From positions 32,001-96,000 of the IMG/VR virus record IMGVR_UViG_3300032249_000480: a stretch of DNA of 64,000 bases. One strand, 5' to 3'. Below the pieces are notes generated by a model that saw only the letters and a program-made list of their open reading frames with translations, was not told where the DNA came from and did not search any database. Of this stretch, positions 18,858 to 29,009 are shown in pieces; the first letter of the stretch is position 1; each line of letters begins with the position of its first letter. The position numbers and the translations under genes were made by a program. Source of the stretch: a virus.

Positions 18858-19534
18858 TGAGAGTTCGCTTTGATACTAAAAAGTTTGATTCACAAATGCT
18901 TAATTTTATACAGTATTCAACTGGTTTCCTAGAAGGTATTCAAAAAGGTAAAGGTATATTTTTAAAACATTTATCTACTGGAACAATAGAAGGATTAAAA
19001 AGATATATTGATTCAAATGCAAGAGGAAATCCGCAAGCACTACAACATATGTATGAGTGGTATAAAACAGGAAGTCCAGAAGCAAGACTTTACAATATTG
19101 ACTACAGGATAGTAGGAGATGGAATCTCTATTAATTCAACATTTAGACAATCAACTTCAATAGCAAACGATAGCGAAGTGCCTTTTTATAATAAAGCAAA
19201 AATTATGGAAAATGGAATTCCAATAAGCATTAAGCCAAAAAATAGTTCAGTGCTTGCATTTAAGATAGATGGCGAAGAAATATTTACAAAAAGAGAAATA
19301 AGGATTCCAACACCTGGAGGTCCAGAAGCAAGAGGATCTTATGAAAAAATATTTGATGAATTTTTTAGATTATATTTTTCACAATCATTTTTAAAGGCTT
19401 CAGGACTATTTACCTATTTAGAAAATCCTATGGCATATAAACTTAATCTGGCATCTGGAGTAAAAAATGGAAAATCAAAAGGAATAGAAACAGGATATAA
19501 TTGGATCATTGATGCAAAGATTGGACTAGACTAA
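18857..19534 (+). CDS. Neck / tail completion protein
   Basis: Synteny; IMENG..IKPK..VLAF motif. Confidence 0.5.
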   Translation: MRVRFDTKKFDSQMLNFIQYSTGFLEGIQKGKGIFLKHLSTGTIEGLKRYIDSNARGNPQALQHMYEWYKTGSPEARLYNIDYRIVGDGISINSTFRQSTSIANDSEVPFYNKAKIMENGIPISIKPKNSSVLAFKIDGEEIFTKREIRIPTPGGPEARGSYEKIFDEFFRLYFSQSFLKASGLFTYLENPMAYKLNLASGVKNGKSKGIETGYNWIIDAKIGLD

Positions 19535-19535
19535 T

Positions 19536-20084
19536 ATGGGTAAAACAGTAGCAGCATTGCCATATCCACCAAAGTGGATCAACAAATATATTTTTGATGA
19601 ACTTGCAAAGTATGATGATATTGGAGTAAGTGCTGTTTCACAACTAACTCCTATTTTTGCTACAAGCCCAACAAACACAGAAGAAATATATAAAAATGTA
19701 GTTCAGGCTACATCAATATCAGAACCCCTAGTAATTATATATGACAGACTAATAACCTTTAGACCATCAGTTTTTTACCCACACAAAAGAGAGCAACTTC
19801 TTTACTACCTATACAGCACAAGCCTAGCAAATGTAAATAATGCAAATATCGTCATATCCCAACTTTTGGATAGAGAAGACGCAGCAGCCCAAGACCTAAA
19901 TGCTTTCTGTGCAGCCAATACTGGTGGAGAAGACTTTAATGTTTTTTTCAGAAATATCAAGGTATATCAGGCTCAAGAAGCCAGAGACGTATTAGACCTA
20001 GCATCAGCAAGAACAATGTTTGTAAATAAACTCATTATTGAGTATGACTATCATGCTCAGTATAACGCAAATTCATATAAATAA
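19536..20084 (+). CDS. Probable tail terminator
   Basis: Position directly before the major tail gene. Confidence 0.45.
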   Translation: MGKTVAALPYPPKWINKYIFDELAKYDDIGVSAVSQLTPIFATSPTNTEEIYKNVVQATSISEPLVIIYDRLITFRPSVFYPHKREQLLYYLYSTSLANVNNANIVISQLLDREDAAAQDLNAFCAANTGGEDFNVFFRNIKVYQAQEARDVLDLASARTMFVNKLIIEYDYHAQYNANSYK

Positions 20085-20163
20085 AAACGCTGTTATAATT
20101 GATACTGAGGAAACAAATTTCGCCGTACAACTTAATAAAATCTTAATAGAAGAGGTGATATAA

Positions 20164-20799
20164 ATGGCTTATACACGTGGTAATAATCAAAACATTATCG
20201 TCGGTGCAGCATCATTCTTTATTGCTAACTACATTCTTGGTTCAGGTGGACTACCAGCACAAAATGCTAATACGTCTTATCGTGAAGTGTTGTCTAATGC
20301 AGGCAACTTCCGCAATGTTGGTTACACAATGAACGGACTTGACCTAACTTTCACACCAAACTTTGGTGAAGTTTCAGTAGATCAAATTCTTGATGTTGCA
20401 AAACTATACAAGCAGGGCATGGAAGTCAGTCTTAAGACTGCATTTGCAGAAGCCACTCTTGAAAACCTATTGGTAGCATTGGCTTACAATTCTGCAGAAT
20501 TAACAGGAACAAAGTTGTCTTCAGCAGGACAAACTATGGTTCTTTCAGCAGGAGACATTGGTGAGTGCCCAGTAGAGCGTGGTATCGTAGCAGTAGGACC
20601 TGGAACAGGTGACTGCGATGATTCATCACACATTGAACGTATCTATGCAGCATACCGTGCATTGTCAATTGACAACGTAACAGTATCAGCAAAGCGTGAC
20701 GCTCCATCTATGTTTGAAGTGACATTCCGTCTACTTCCAGATGATGAGACAGCATCATACGGAAAGATCATTGATCGTTCCTGGACTATTCTTTCATAA
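20164..20799 (+). CDS. Major tail (tube) protein
   Basis: NIIVGAA, VGYTMNGL, VDQ, FAEATLENL, FEVTFRLLP; own promoter TGTTATAAT (20091) and terminator. Confidence 0.85.
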   Translation: MAYTRGNNQNIIVGAASFFIANYILGSGGLPAQNANTSYREVLSNAGNFRNVGYTMNGLDLTFTPNFGEVSVDQILDVAKLYKQGMEVSLKTAFAEATLENLLVALAYNSAELTGTKLSSAGQTMVLSAGDIGECPVERGIVAVGPGTGDCDDSSHIERIYAAYRALSIDNVTVSAKRDAPSMFEVTFRLLPDDETASYGKIIDRSWTILS

Positions 20800-20818
20800 T
20801 TATAGTCTAATCAGCATT

Positions 20819-20852
20819 GCCCATCTCTTGTTGAGGTGGGCTTTGTTGTTTT
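20819..20852 (+). terminator. Intrinsic terminator after the major tail gene
   Basis: GCCCATCTC-ttgtt-GAGGTGGGC then TTTGTTGTTTT. Confidence 0.85.
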
Positions 20853-20869
20853 ATGGTAAAATTAAAACG

Positions 20870-21589
20870 ATGGCTACTTATATATATAAAATAAATAATG
20901 TCAAAACAATTGACGGTATGGATATAGAAATTATTCCATTAAAGATTAAATACATGCGACAGGTCATGGATGTTTTTGCATCAATAAAAATTGAAACAAC
21001 AGAAGATGAACTTATTGATATTTTATGTGAATGTGTAAGAATTGGAATGAAACAATATTATCCAAAACTATCTAACAGTATTCAAGACATATTAGATAAT
21101 TTTGATTTAAATACATTGTATGATATTTTAGAAATGTCAGTAGGGATAAAAATAAAACGAAAGTTTGATCAATTAGATGAAGATAAAAAGGTTAGCAATT
21201 CAGAGGATGATGCTAATTGGGACAACTTAGATCTTGCCAAGTTAGAAAATGAAATATTTTTGCTTGGAATATGGAAAGATTATAATGAACTTGAACTATC
21301 TTTATCTATGCCAGAATTATTATCAACCATAGCAAGCAGCAGAGAGTTAGATTATCAAGAAAAGAAATTTTTAGCAGCCATGCAAGGTGTTGACTTAGAA
21401 GAAAGTTCTAGTTCAGGCAAAGGTCAAAAAGAATGGGAAGACATGAAGGCTAGAGTATTTAGTGGTGGTGCAACAAATGATAGTAAGGATATTCTTGCAT
21501 TGCAAGGACAAAATGCAGTAAAGGCAGGGTTTGGAATTGGCATGGGATTAGACTATGAGGACTCTAGAAATCCTGCTGTTATGCTATAA
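20870..21589 (+). CDS. Tail assembly chaperone, long (GT-like) form
   Basis: First ~95 aa paralogous to 21619-21933, plus C-terminal WKDYNELELSLSMPEL domain; start reassigned to ATG 20870 after the terminator. Confidence 0.75.
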   Translation: MATYIYKINNVKTIDGMDIEIIPLKIKYMRQVMDVFASIKIETTEDELIDILCECVRIGMKQYYPKLSNSIQDILDNFDLNTLYDILEMSVGIKIKRKFDQLDEDKKVSNSEDDANWDNLDLAKLENEIFLLGIWKDYNELELSLSMPELLSTIASSRELDYQEKKFLAAMQGVDLEESSSSGKGQKEWEDMKARVFSGGATNDSKDILALQGQNAVKAGFGIGMGLDYEDSRNPAVML

Positions 21590-21618
21590 TTGACCTAACC
21601 TAATTAGGAGGGTAAAAA

Positions 21619-21933
21619 ATGGCAACAACAGTATATGAGCCAAAAAAAGTATCACTTATTGACGGAACACTGGTAGAAGTGCGTCCACTAAAAATCTCTC
21701 TTTTGCGTGAATTCACAAAAAAGTTTGAGGGAATTGAAGCAGTAGCAGATGACAACGATAAGTCTATGACCATTCTTCTTGAATGTGTTCAGATTGCAAT
21801 GAAGCAGTACAAGCCAGAACTAGCGTTGGATATTAAAGTCCTTGAAGACAATATTGATCTTCCAACAGTTTATCAAATTATTGAAGCAGCATCTGGTACA
21901 AACCTTGATGCTTCTGGTCAATTAAATATTTAA
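21619..21933 (+). CDS. Tail assembly chaperone, short (G-like) form
   Basis: Between tail tube and tape measure genes; AGGAGGG RBS; TGCTATAAT at 21582. Confidence 0.8.
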   Translation: MATTVYEPKKVSLIDGTLVEVRPLKISLLREFTKKFEGIEAVADDNDKSMTILLECVQIAMKQYKPELALDIKVLEDNIDLPTVYQIIEAASGTNLDASGQLNI

Positions 21934-21959
21934 AAAATAATGTAAAGAGGTGTTCATGA

Positions 21960-24900
21960 ATGAGTGATATTAATGCTAACATAGGGGTTAATTTTGACAC
22001 GGCCCAAGCATTAGCAGAACTCAAAAATCTACAACGCCAACTTTCACAATTCCATACATCTATATCTAGGACTAGTGAAAGTGCAGCCATTGCACAAAAG
22101 AATTTACAAACAAATCTTTTAAATTCTGTTAATGCAACAGGCAACTTTATAGCACAGATGGGTGTCATTAAGACATCAACGGAGTCGTTTACTCACGCAC
22201 TTGAAAACAATAAACTTTCTATGCGTGAGTATTTCCGTTATGCAGGCGGAGCATCTAAAACTTTTGGAAGATTATTTACCAATGAGTTTAATACAATTGG
22301 CAGGGTAGCGGAAGAAAGAGTAAAGAGACTTCAAACCCAATATATTAAAATGGGTCGTGATACAACAGGTGCAATGAAGGCTATGTCAATCATGCCTGCA
22401 ACTCTTGATATTAATAGCATGTCAACACAAATGCAAATATCAGCACAGAAGCAAGCAATCTTTAATCAGTTACTTAAGCAAGGATCTACTCAACTTCTTA
22501 ATTTTGGTAAAAATACACAGTGGGCTGGCCGTCAACTTATGGTTGGTTTTACAATTCCTCTTATTGCAATGGGATCATCAGCAACAAAGGCTTTCCAAGA
22601 TATTGAATTGGCTGCTATTAAGTTTAAAAGAGTATATGGAGATTTGGGAACAAGCCAACAAGAAACTGATGCAATGCTTGCTCAAATTAGATCTATTGGA
22701 GATGCATATACTAAATATGGAGTAGCAGTAAAAGATACAATTGCTCTGGCAGCAGATGCAGCAGCAGCAGGTTTTGCAAATCAAGATTTAATTGCACAAA
22801 CAACACAGGCAACTAAACTATCTGTTTTAGGACAAATTGATCAACAGCAAGCCCTTGAAACAACAATTTCTCTTCAGAGTGCTTTTGGTATTTCTGCAGC
22901 AGAACTTGCAACAACAATTGACTTTTTAAACTCAGTAGAAAACCAAACTGTTGTATCTCTTGACGACATAACAACAGCAATTCCAAAGGTAGCACCTGTT
23001 ATTCAGCAACTTGGTGGAGACGTAAAAGATTTAGCATTCTTTATGACTGCAATGAAAGAAGGTGGAGTAAATGCGTCAGAAGGTGCTAACGCTTTAAAGT
23101 CTGGACTTGCATCTTTAATTAATCCCTCAACAAAGGCAAGTGCAATGCTTGCAAGTGTTGGAATAAATATTAAAGAGATTGTTGAAAAAGATAAGGGAAA
23201 TTTAAAAAAGACAGTTCTTGATGTAGGTGCAGCACTTGATACGCTTGACCCATTATCACGTGCTAGAGCAATTGAGCAAATGTTTGGTAAATTCCAATTT
23301 GCACGTATGTCAACTTTATTTGATAACATTAATAAGCAAGGAAGCCAGGCGTCAAGAGTATTAGATTTAATGGGAATGTCAGCATCAGATTTAGCAAGCA
23401 TAACAGATAAAGAATTAGGTATTCAAGGAGCATCTTCACTTACAAAATTTAGAGCAGCAATTGAAAAACTTAAAGCAACACTAGCGCCAGTGGGCGAGTT
23501 GTTTATGAAAATATTTACACCAATTCTTGAAAATATTAGTGGTTTATTAGATAGATTTAATAATCTTTCAGATGGTGTTAAAAAAACAATCGGAGTAATC
23601 GTTGCAGTTGTTGCTGGATTAGGTCCAATCGTACTTATGACATTTGGTTTACTTATGAATGCTTTTGCAAATGGAATCAAATTATTTGCAACTTTACGTG
23701 CAGGATACCAAAGATTAACTGGTGGTTCAGTAGAACTTGGACAGCAAACTCAATATTTAACAATGGAACAACTTGATGCTGCAGCAGCAGCACATTCACT
23801 TGATCAATCTCATGCAAAATTAATACAAACATTTAATTTAGAAGCAGGTTCAGTAAATAGTCTAAGAAATGCATACTCTAATGCAACAGTAGCAGCAAAA
23901 AACTTTTCACTTGCTAATCCTGGGATGATATCTCGTACAGCAGTAAAGAGGTTTGCATCAGGAGGAGTTGTTCGTGGTCCTGGAACAGGAACTTCAGATT
24001 CAATTCCAGCAATGCTTTCAAATGGTGAAACAGTTGTTCCTGCTAAACAAAGTAAAAAATATGGTGGTTTGCTTAGTGGAATTATTGCTAATAATATCCC
24101 TGGTTTTGCGGGAGGTAGGATAGGATTTGATGGACAATCTTATGATATTCCAACTTCTACTGGTCAAAAAGCACTTGATGAAATTATTGGTAAATTCAGT
24201 AAAGATACTGAAGGATTAACATTTGCATTAGAAGCATTACAAGACAATGCAAATGAACTTGGAATGTCATTTAAAGTTAATGCAGATACACTTTCAAAGT
24301 TTTTAGATGAAGTTGGAGTACAAAGAAATAATCCTAAAGGCTCATCTGCAACACCATACAAAGGACAAAAGTATGTTGCTGCTCATGCAATGGGAAATTT
24401 ACCAGATATAACAGATCCTAAAGAACTTGAACGACTTGCTGCTGCTACAGACTCAGCAACTTTAGCAAAACTTTTACGTGCAGACGCTGCTGCTGGTAAA
24501 CCAGTTAAACAATTTAGCAATTTTGTAAATGTTTTGCCAGAAGAAGCAAATAAAAAGTCACGTGGCGGAAACTTTATTATGGGCAGAGATGAGATGGCTG
24601 GACTATATTCTGGTCCACAAAGTGATAGAACTTTAGCCATGGTTTATAAAACAATAATGGATAAAGAAAATTTAGCATTTCAAGATCTTATTAATGATCC
24701 AAATTTAATGCAAGGAATAACTGGTAGTGTTAGAAATCTTGGTAAATTAATTTCAGAAGAAATAAGTCTTCTTCCAGAGCATTTTGGAGAAGAAGAATTT
24801 TATGCTGCAGTAGACAGGGCCGTAAAAAGAGTTGATGTTGCAGATTCTAGACTTAGGGGAGCCGTTGATGATATGCAAAAACCAGCAATGCTTGCTCCTA

Positions 24901-27900
24901 CTGGTGCAAAAGGAAAAGCCCAAGAAAGAAAGGCTATTGGTAAAAAAGATATTGGATTAAAGTCTGCACTTGGTGTGCCATTATATGCTGAAAGTTATAA
25001 GAGTGAAGGAAATGAAAATCTTTTAAAACTGGCTGATAAAATTGGAAGAGAACAAGCACATGCAGAGGCTTTAGGATATGATGCACAATATAATGCAGAA
25101 GTAAAAGCAAGAGCAAATAAAAATGGAACAACACGTGCTCGTACTGAAGGTACAGCATATAATGCAGAATTAGAAAAAACAACAAAAGATCCTTATGTTG
25201 TAAGTCGTGATAGACAAAGCCCACACCCACTTGCATCACAAGATGGCAGAGATGATGCTGTTGCATATGATACTGCAGTTCAAAAATCAATAGCACGTAA
25301 TCAAAGAAATGTTGCTAAAAGAAGTGGTATTATTGGAAATTTTGGGGAAAGCAATGAAGTAAAGAGAACAACTACCAATCTTACAAGCCTTAATAATAAA
25401 CTAATGGGTGCTTCATTTGGACTAACTACCCTGGCATCAATGGGATCTATGGCAGGTGGCACTTTAGGCAAGGTATCAAACCAGTTAATGAAATATTCAG
25501 GAATACTATTTGGATTAATGTCAGTTACTCAACTAATGACTAAACAAGCATTGCTTAATTTAACTGTAGAAAGAGCAAAAATGGCTAGTAATGCAATGAG
25601 AGCAGTAGACATTGCAGCAGGTGGAAAAACTACAGGATTTCTACCAATTTTATCAAAACTTCTTTTTGGATTTAAAGCACTACTTGGACCAATTGGAATA
25701 ACAACGGGATTAATAACAGCAGGAGTTGTTGCTTATAAACTTATTGCAGCGTCACAAGAAAGAGCACGTATGGCAACAGAGGGCCTTGCAGATGCTATGA
25801 ATATGACTTCTGGTAAGGTTAAAGTATTAGATAGATTATTGGGACAAACATCTACAGCAAGGCCAGGTTCTGGCGCAACAATAAGTTCTATTCAATCAAC
25901 AACTTCTGAACAAAACAAAATAGACACAATTCAACAAGATGAAGAGTTTAAGACTACATTTAAAAAAGACATTCAGGCTCTTAAATCTGCAACTGTAAAA
26001 GAGGCTAGGATTGCATTCCAAGCAATTTCTTTAGATTTAGGTAGTCAGGGTTATTCAAAAGATGCAATTGATCTTTACCTAAAGGCTCTTGCAGAAGAAG
26101 CAGGTAAGACAAAAGTATTATTAGAATTTGAAAAAATTGATCTTAGCACAAAACAAGGTCGTAAAGAGGCAAGTAAACTTGCTAATAGTTTAGCCAAAGA
26201 TTTTGAAAAAGAATTTAAAAATGGAGTTAAAAAAGTTGCAGTTGGTGGAACTGTTGGAAGAGGTGGTAGTGGTCTAGGAGCAGTTCCAAAAGAACAACTT
26301 AGTGGAGGTCAACAGAAAGTATTAAATGAGTCAAGCCAATTTGTATCAGCCAAATTAGTTAACTTAACAAATTTATTTGCAACTCAAAAAATAAAAGCAA
26401 AAGAATATCAAGCAGCAATTGCTGATGTTTTTAAAGGAATGCCAGAAGGTGCTGATAAAATAAGAATTGTTGAAGCAGCATTAAAAAACATAAGTCCAGA
26501 GTTTGCAAAATCAGTAATAGGCATTAAAGATTATGAAACTAAACAAAAATTATTACGAGCAGCAGTTTTAGATACTGCTTTAGCACAAGAACTTCTTAAT
26601 GAATTAATGAGTGAAGTTCCAGGAGTTGCAGAAGCGGCTAGAGCAAAATTAGACAAATTAATTGCTGTACAAGACTCAGATGCTACACGAATTTCTTCAC
26701 TTCTTGGACTAAAAACTATTGATGATACACCTAAACAATTAAGCCCAATTCAACAAGCATTAAAAGATTTAAAAGAACAAAAGGCTGATACTATTGCTCA
26801 AACTAAAGCATATAAAACATTAATAAAAGCAGGGTATGATGCAAAAACAGCAGCAGAAATGGTTAACAATGTTAGCCTAGCAAAACTAATTAATAATCCA
26901 AAAGCAGCGGGATTATCATTTAAGCAATTAAAAAAACAAATAGATGAAACTGCTAAAGCACAAGAAAAACTTAATATGGCACAAGATCCATTCTATAAAA
27001 CAAAACAAAACATGGAAAAATTTAGCAAAGCATATGATGCAATGATGGAAAAATTTAGAATTCAAGAAGCAAGAGTTAGACAAAAATATGAGCCTGCAGT
27101 TGATAGAGCAAAAGAAACAATAGATAAAATTACTGATGATTTTGCAGCAAAATTAGATCCAATCAATGAAAGAACAAGTGCGTTAAATCATGACCTTTCA
27201 CTTATTGACAAACAGGCAGAGTCAATTAACAAACAGTATGATGATCAAGCAGCAGCCCTTGAGCAAATAAATAAATTAAATCAAGATGCTATTCAGCAAG
27301 GTAAAGCAAGAATTAGTATTGCAGATGCTCTTTCACAGGGTGACATCTCAGCAGCAGCACAAGCCGTACAGGATTCCAGAGCAGCAAGTGCAGCAAGTGC
27401 CGCACAAAGTCAAACAGATATGCTTGGAAGAGCACGTCAACAAGCACTTGATAATATTAAGATTAATGGATTAACTAGAAAACAAATTGAGCAAGAACTT
27501 TGGACACTTAGTCAGCAACAATATAGTCTTGAGTTAGAAAGAGATAAATTACTTAAAGCAGCCAATATAGAATTAAAAACAGCAGAAGAGACTCTCAATG
27601 CTCAATTAAAAGTTATTGAAAATGAAAAACTTGCTTGGGACAATGCACAACTAGCAATTGATGAAGCACAAAATGGATATGACACTATGAAAATTAGTCT
27701 TGAAGAGCAATTAGCACTTGTTCAAGCAATTGTTGCAGCATGGGCAGCAGCCGCTGCAGCCGCTGCAGCAAAACCAGTATCTCCTACACCACCTGGACTT
27801 GGTGCTGGTACAGACATGAACGGTGGTCGTGATGATTGGCAAAATAATAAAAAATCAAATACATCAGGGTCTACATCTGATATTATTGCAGCAAGAAGAG

Positions 27901-28331
27901 ACAGATATGGATACATATCAAAGGGTGGAATGATTCCTCAATATTTTGCAGATGGCGGTGGTCCAAAAGGAACAGATACAGTTCCAGCATGGTTAACTCC
28001 AGGAGAATATGTTATTAATAAAAAAGCAACAAGAGTATTTGGACCTTTACTAGAAGCAATTAATACTAACAAATTCCCATCATTTGAAATTGATAGAAAG
28101 TTTGGTTTGCCAACATATAATACTGGAACAGGTTCAAATATGATGAGTCCTGCTGTAATGCCTAGAAATGATGTACCAACTCAATCAGACAATAGTAATA
28201 CAGTGTATAATTATAGCCTAAGTGTAAACATGAATGGTTCAAATGTTAATCCAGACGATGTTGCAAATGCAGTATTAATCAAGATTCGTCAAATGGAAAA
28301 TCAAAGAGTAAGAGGACAGGTTAGATACTGA
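21960..28331 (+). CDS. Tape measure protein
   Basis: 2123 aa, Ala-rich helical, TP901-type core, hydrophobic segments, two GG..GPG.GTD.IPA.L..GE.V motifs. Confidence 0.95.
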   Translation: MSDINANIGVNFDTAQALAELKNLQRQLSQFHTSISRTSESAAIAQKNLQTNLLNSVNATGNFIAQMGVIKTSTESFTHALENNKLSMREYFRYAGGASKTFGRLFTNEFNTIGRVAEERVKRLQTQYIKMGRDTTGAMKAMSIMPATLDINSMSTQMQISAQKQAIFNQLLKQGSTQLLNFGKNTQWAGRQLMVGFTIPLIAMGSSATKAFQDIELAAIKFKRVYGDLGTSQQETDAMLAQIRSIGDAYTKYGVAVKDTIALAADAAAAGFANQDLIAQTTQATKLSVLGQIDQQQALETTISLQSAFGISAAELATTIDFLNSVENQTVVSLDDITTAIPKVAPVIQQLGGDVKDLAFFMTAMKEGGVNASEGANALKSGLASLINPSTKASAMLASVGINIKEIVEKDKGNLKKTVLDVGAALDTLDPLSRARAIEQMFGKFQFARMSTLFDNINKQGSQASRVLDLMGMSASDLASITDKELGIQGASSLTKFRAAIEKLKATLAPVGELFMKIFTPILENISGLLDRFNNLSDGVKKTIGVIVAVVAGLGPIVLMTFGLLMNAFANGIKLFATLRAGYQRLTGGSVELGQQTQYLTMEQLDAAAAAHSLDQSHAKLIQTFNLEAGSVNSLRNAYSNATVAAKNFSLANPGMISRTAVKRFASGGVVRGPGTGTSDSIPAMLSNGETVVPAKQSKKYGGLLSGIIANNIPGFAGGRIGFDGQSYDIPTSTGQKALDEIIGKFSKDTEGLTFALEALQDNANELGMSFKVNADTLSKFLDEVGVQRNNPKGSSATPYKGQKYVAAHAMGNLPDITDPKELERLAAATDSATLAKLLRADAAAGKPVKQFSNFVNVLPEEANKKSRGGNFIMGRDEMAGLYSGPQSDRTLAMVYKTIMDKENLAFQDLINDPNLMQGITGSVRNLGKLISEEISLLPEHFGEEEFYAAVDRAVKRVDVADSRLRGAVDDMQKPAMLAPTGAKGKAQERKAIGKKDIGLKSALGVPLYAESYKSEGNENLLKLADKIGREQAHAEALGYDAQYNAEVKARANKNGTTRARTEGTAYNAELEKTTKDPYVVSRDRQSPHPLASQDGRDDAVAYDTAVQKSIARNQRNVAKRSGIIGNFGESNEVKRTTTNLTSLNNKLMGASFGLTTLASMGSMAGGTLGKVSNQLMKYSGILFGLMSVTQLMTKQALLNLTVERAKMASNAMRAVDIAAGGKTTGFLPILSKLLFGFKALLGPIGITTGLITAGVVAYKLIAASQERARMATEGLADAMNMTSGKVKVLDRLLGQTSTARPGSGATISSIQSTTSEQNKIDTIQQDEEFKTTFKKDIQALKSATVKEARIAFQAISLDLGSQGYSKDAIDLYLKALAEEAGKTKVLLEFEKIDLSTKQGRKEASKLANSLAKDFEKEFKNGVKKVAVGGTVGRGGSGLGAVPKEQLSGGQQKVLNESSQFVSAKLVNLTNLFATQKIKAKEYQAAIADVFKGMPEGADKIRIVEAALKNISPEFAKSVIGIKDYETKQKLLRAAVLDTALAQELLNELMSEVPGVAEAARAKLDKLIAVQDSDATRISSLLGLKTIDDTPKQLSPIQQALKDLKEQKADTIAQTKAYKTLIKAGYDAKTAAEMVNNVSLAKLINNPKAAGLSFKQLKKQIDETAKAQEKLNMAQDPFYKTKQNMEKFSKAYDAMMEKFRIQEARVRQKYEPAVDRAKETIDKITDDFAAKLDPINERTSALNHDLSLIDKQAESINKQYDDQAAALEQINKLNQDAIQQGKARISIADALSQGDISAAAQAVQDSRAASAASAAQSQTDMLGRARQQALDNIKINGLTRKQIEQELWTLSQQQYSLELERDKLLKAANIELKTAEETLNAQLKVIENEKLAWDNAQLAIDEAQNGYDTMKISLEEQLALVQAIVAAWAAAAAAAAAKPVSPTPPGLGAGTDMNGGRDDWQNNKKSNTSGSTSDIIAARRDRYGYISKGGMIPQYFADGGGPKGTDTVPAWLTPGEYVINKKATRVFGPLLEAINTNKFPSFEIDRKFGLPTYNTGTGSNMMSPAVMPRNDVPTQSDNSNTVYNYSLSVNMNGSNVNPDDVANAVLIKIRQMENQRVRGQVRY

Positions 28332-29008
28332 TGGCGTCAAAAGATTATCTACTAGGTAGAAAAAAATGGTCAAGACCACAAGCAATGCTATGGTCAGACT
28401 CTGCTGGCACATTAGTTGATGGTATATGGGTTCCAACTGGATATGAAAAGTTGTCAGATGAAACTGGATTAAGCCAAAACCAATTAGACAACTCTTTCAT
28501 TATTTTGTCTGATCACAACCGTGGTGAAATTACTATTAATACACAAAGAATTGAACAAAGAAAAAGAATGATTAATGGAACAATGAGATCATATCACAAT
28601 GCAGATAAACTTGTTATTAATACTTCATGGGCTATGCTTCCATCAAGATCTCACTCAGTTCGTCCAAATTTTAATCAAAACACTGGACTCAGTATCTATA
28701 ATAAAGAAACACCAGAAAGACCAGCAGATGGCTCACCTTATACTCAACAAAATGAATATACTGCAGATGGCGGGGCAGGTGGAAATGAAATGCTTACCTG
28801 GTATCAAGAACACACTGGACCATTTTGGGTGTATTTAGCGTATGATAAATATAGTGAATTTGGCGATAATTCTGAATCATTTGGCAAATTAGCACAATAC
28901 AATCAGGTACTTCAAATGTATCTTGCTAGTTTTGACTATACAGTTGTAAAGCGTGGTGGATCTAATCATGATATGTGGAATATTTCAATAAGCCTGGAAG
29001 AGGTTTAA
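28331..29008 (+). CDS. Minor tail protein (distal-tail position)
   Basis: Directly after tape measure; RMINGTMRSY, WNISISLEEV. Confidence 0.65.
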   Translation: MASKDYLLGRKKWSRPQAMLWSDSAGTLVDGIWVPTGYEKLSDETGLSQNQLDNSFIILSDHNRGEITINTQRIEQRKRMINGTMRSYHNADKLVINTSWAMLPSRSHSVRPNFNQNTGLSIYNKETPERPADGSPYTQQNEYTADGGAGGNEMLTWYQEHTGPFWVYLAYDKYSEFGDNSESFGKLAQYNQVLQMYLASFDYTVVKRGGSNHDMWNISISLEEV

Positions 29009-29009
29009 A

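Noticed and set aside
20741-20869. ORF-track N-terminal extension of the long chaperone
   Set aside because: Crosses the tail-tube stop and terminator; paralogy with 21619 begins at ATG 20870
21900-21962. Frameshift from the short chaperone into the tape measure gene
   Set aside because: No convincing slippery heptamer, and an in-frame TGA (21957-21959) directly precedes the tape measure ATG
27744-27770. GCAGCCGCT repeat in the tape measure gene
   Set aside because: Simple poly-Ala coding tract with no sign of a separate function
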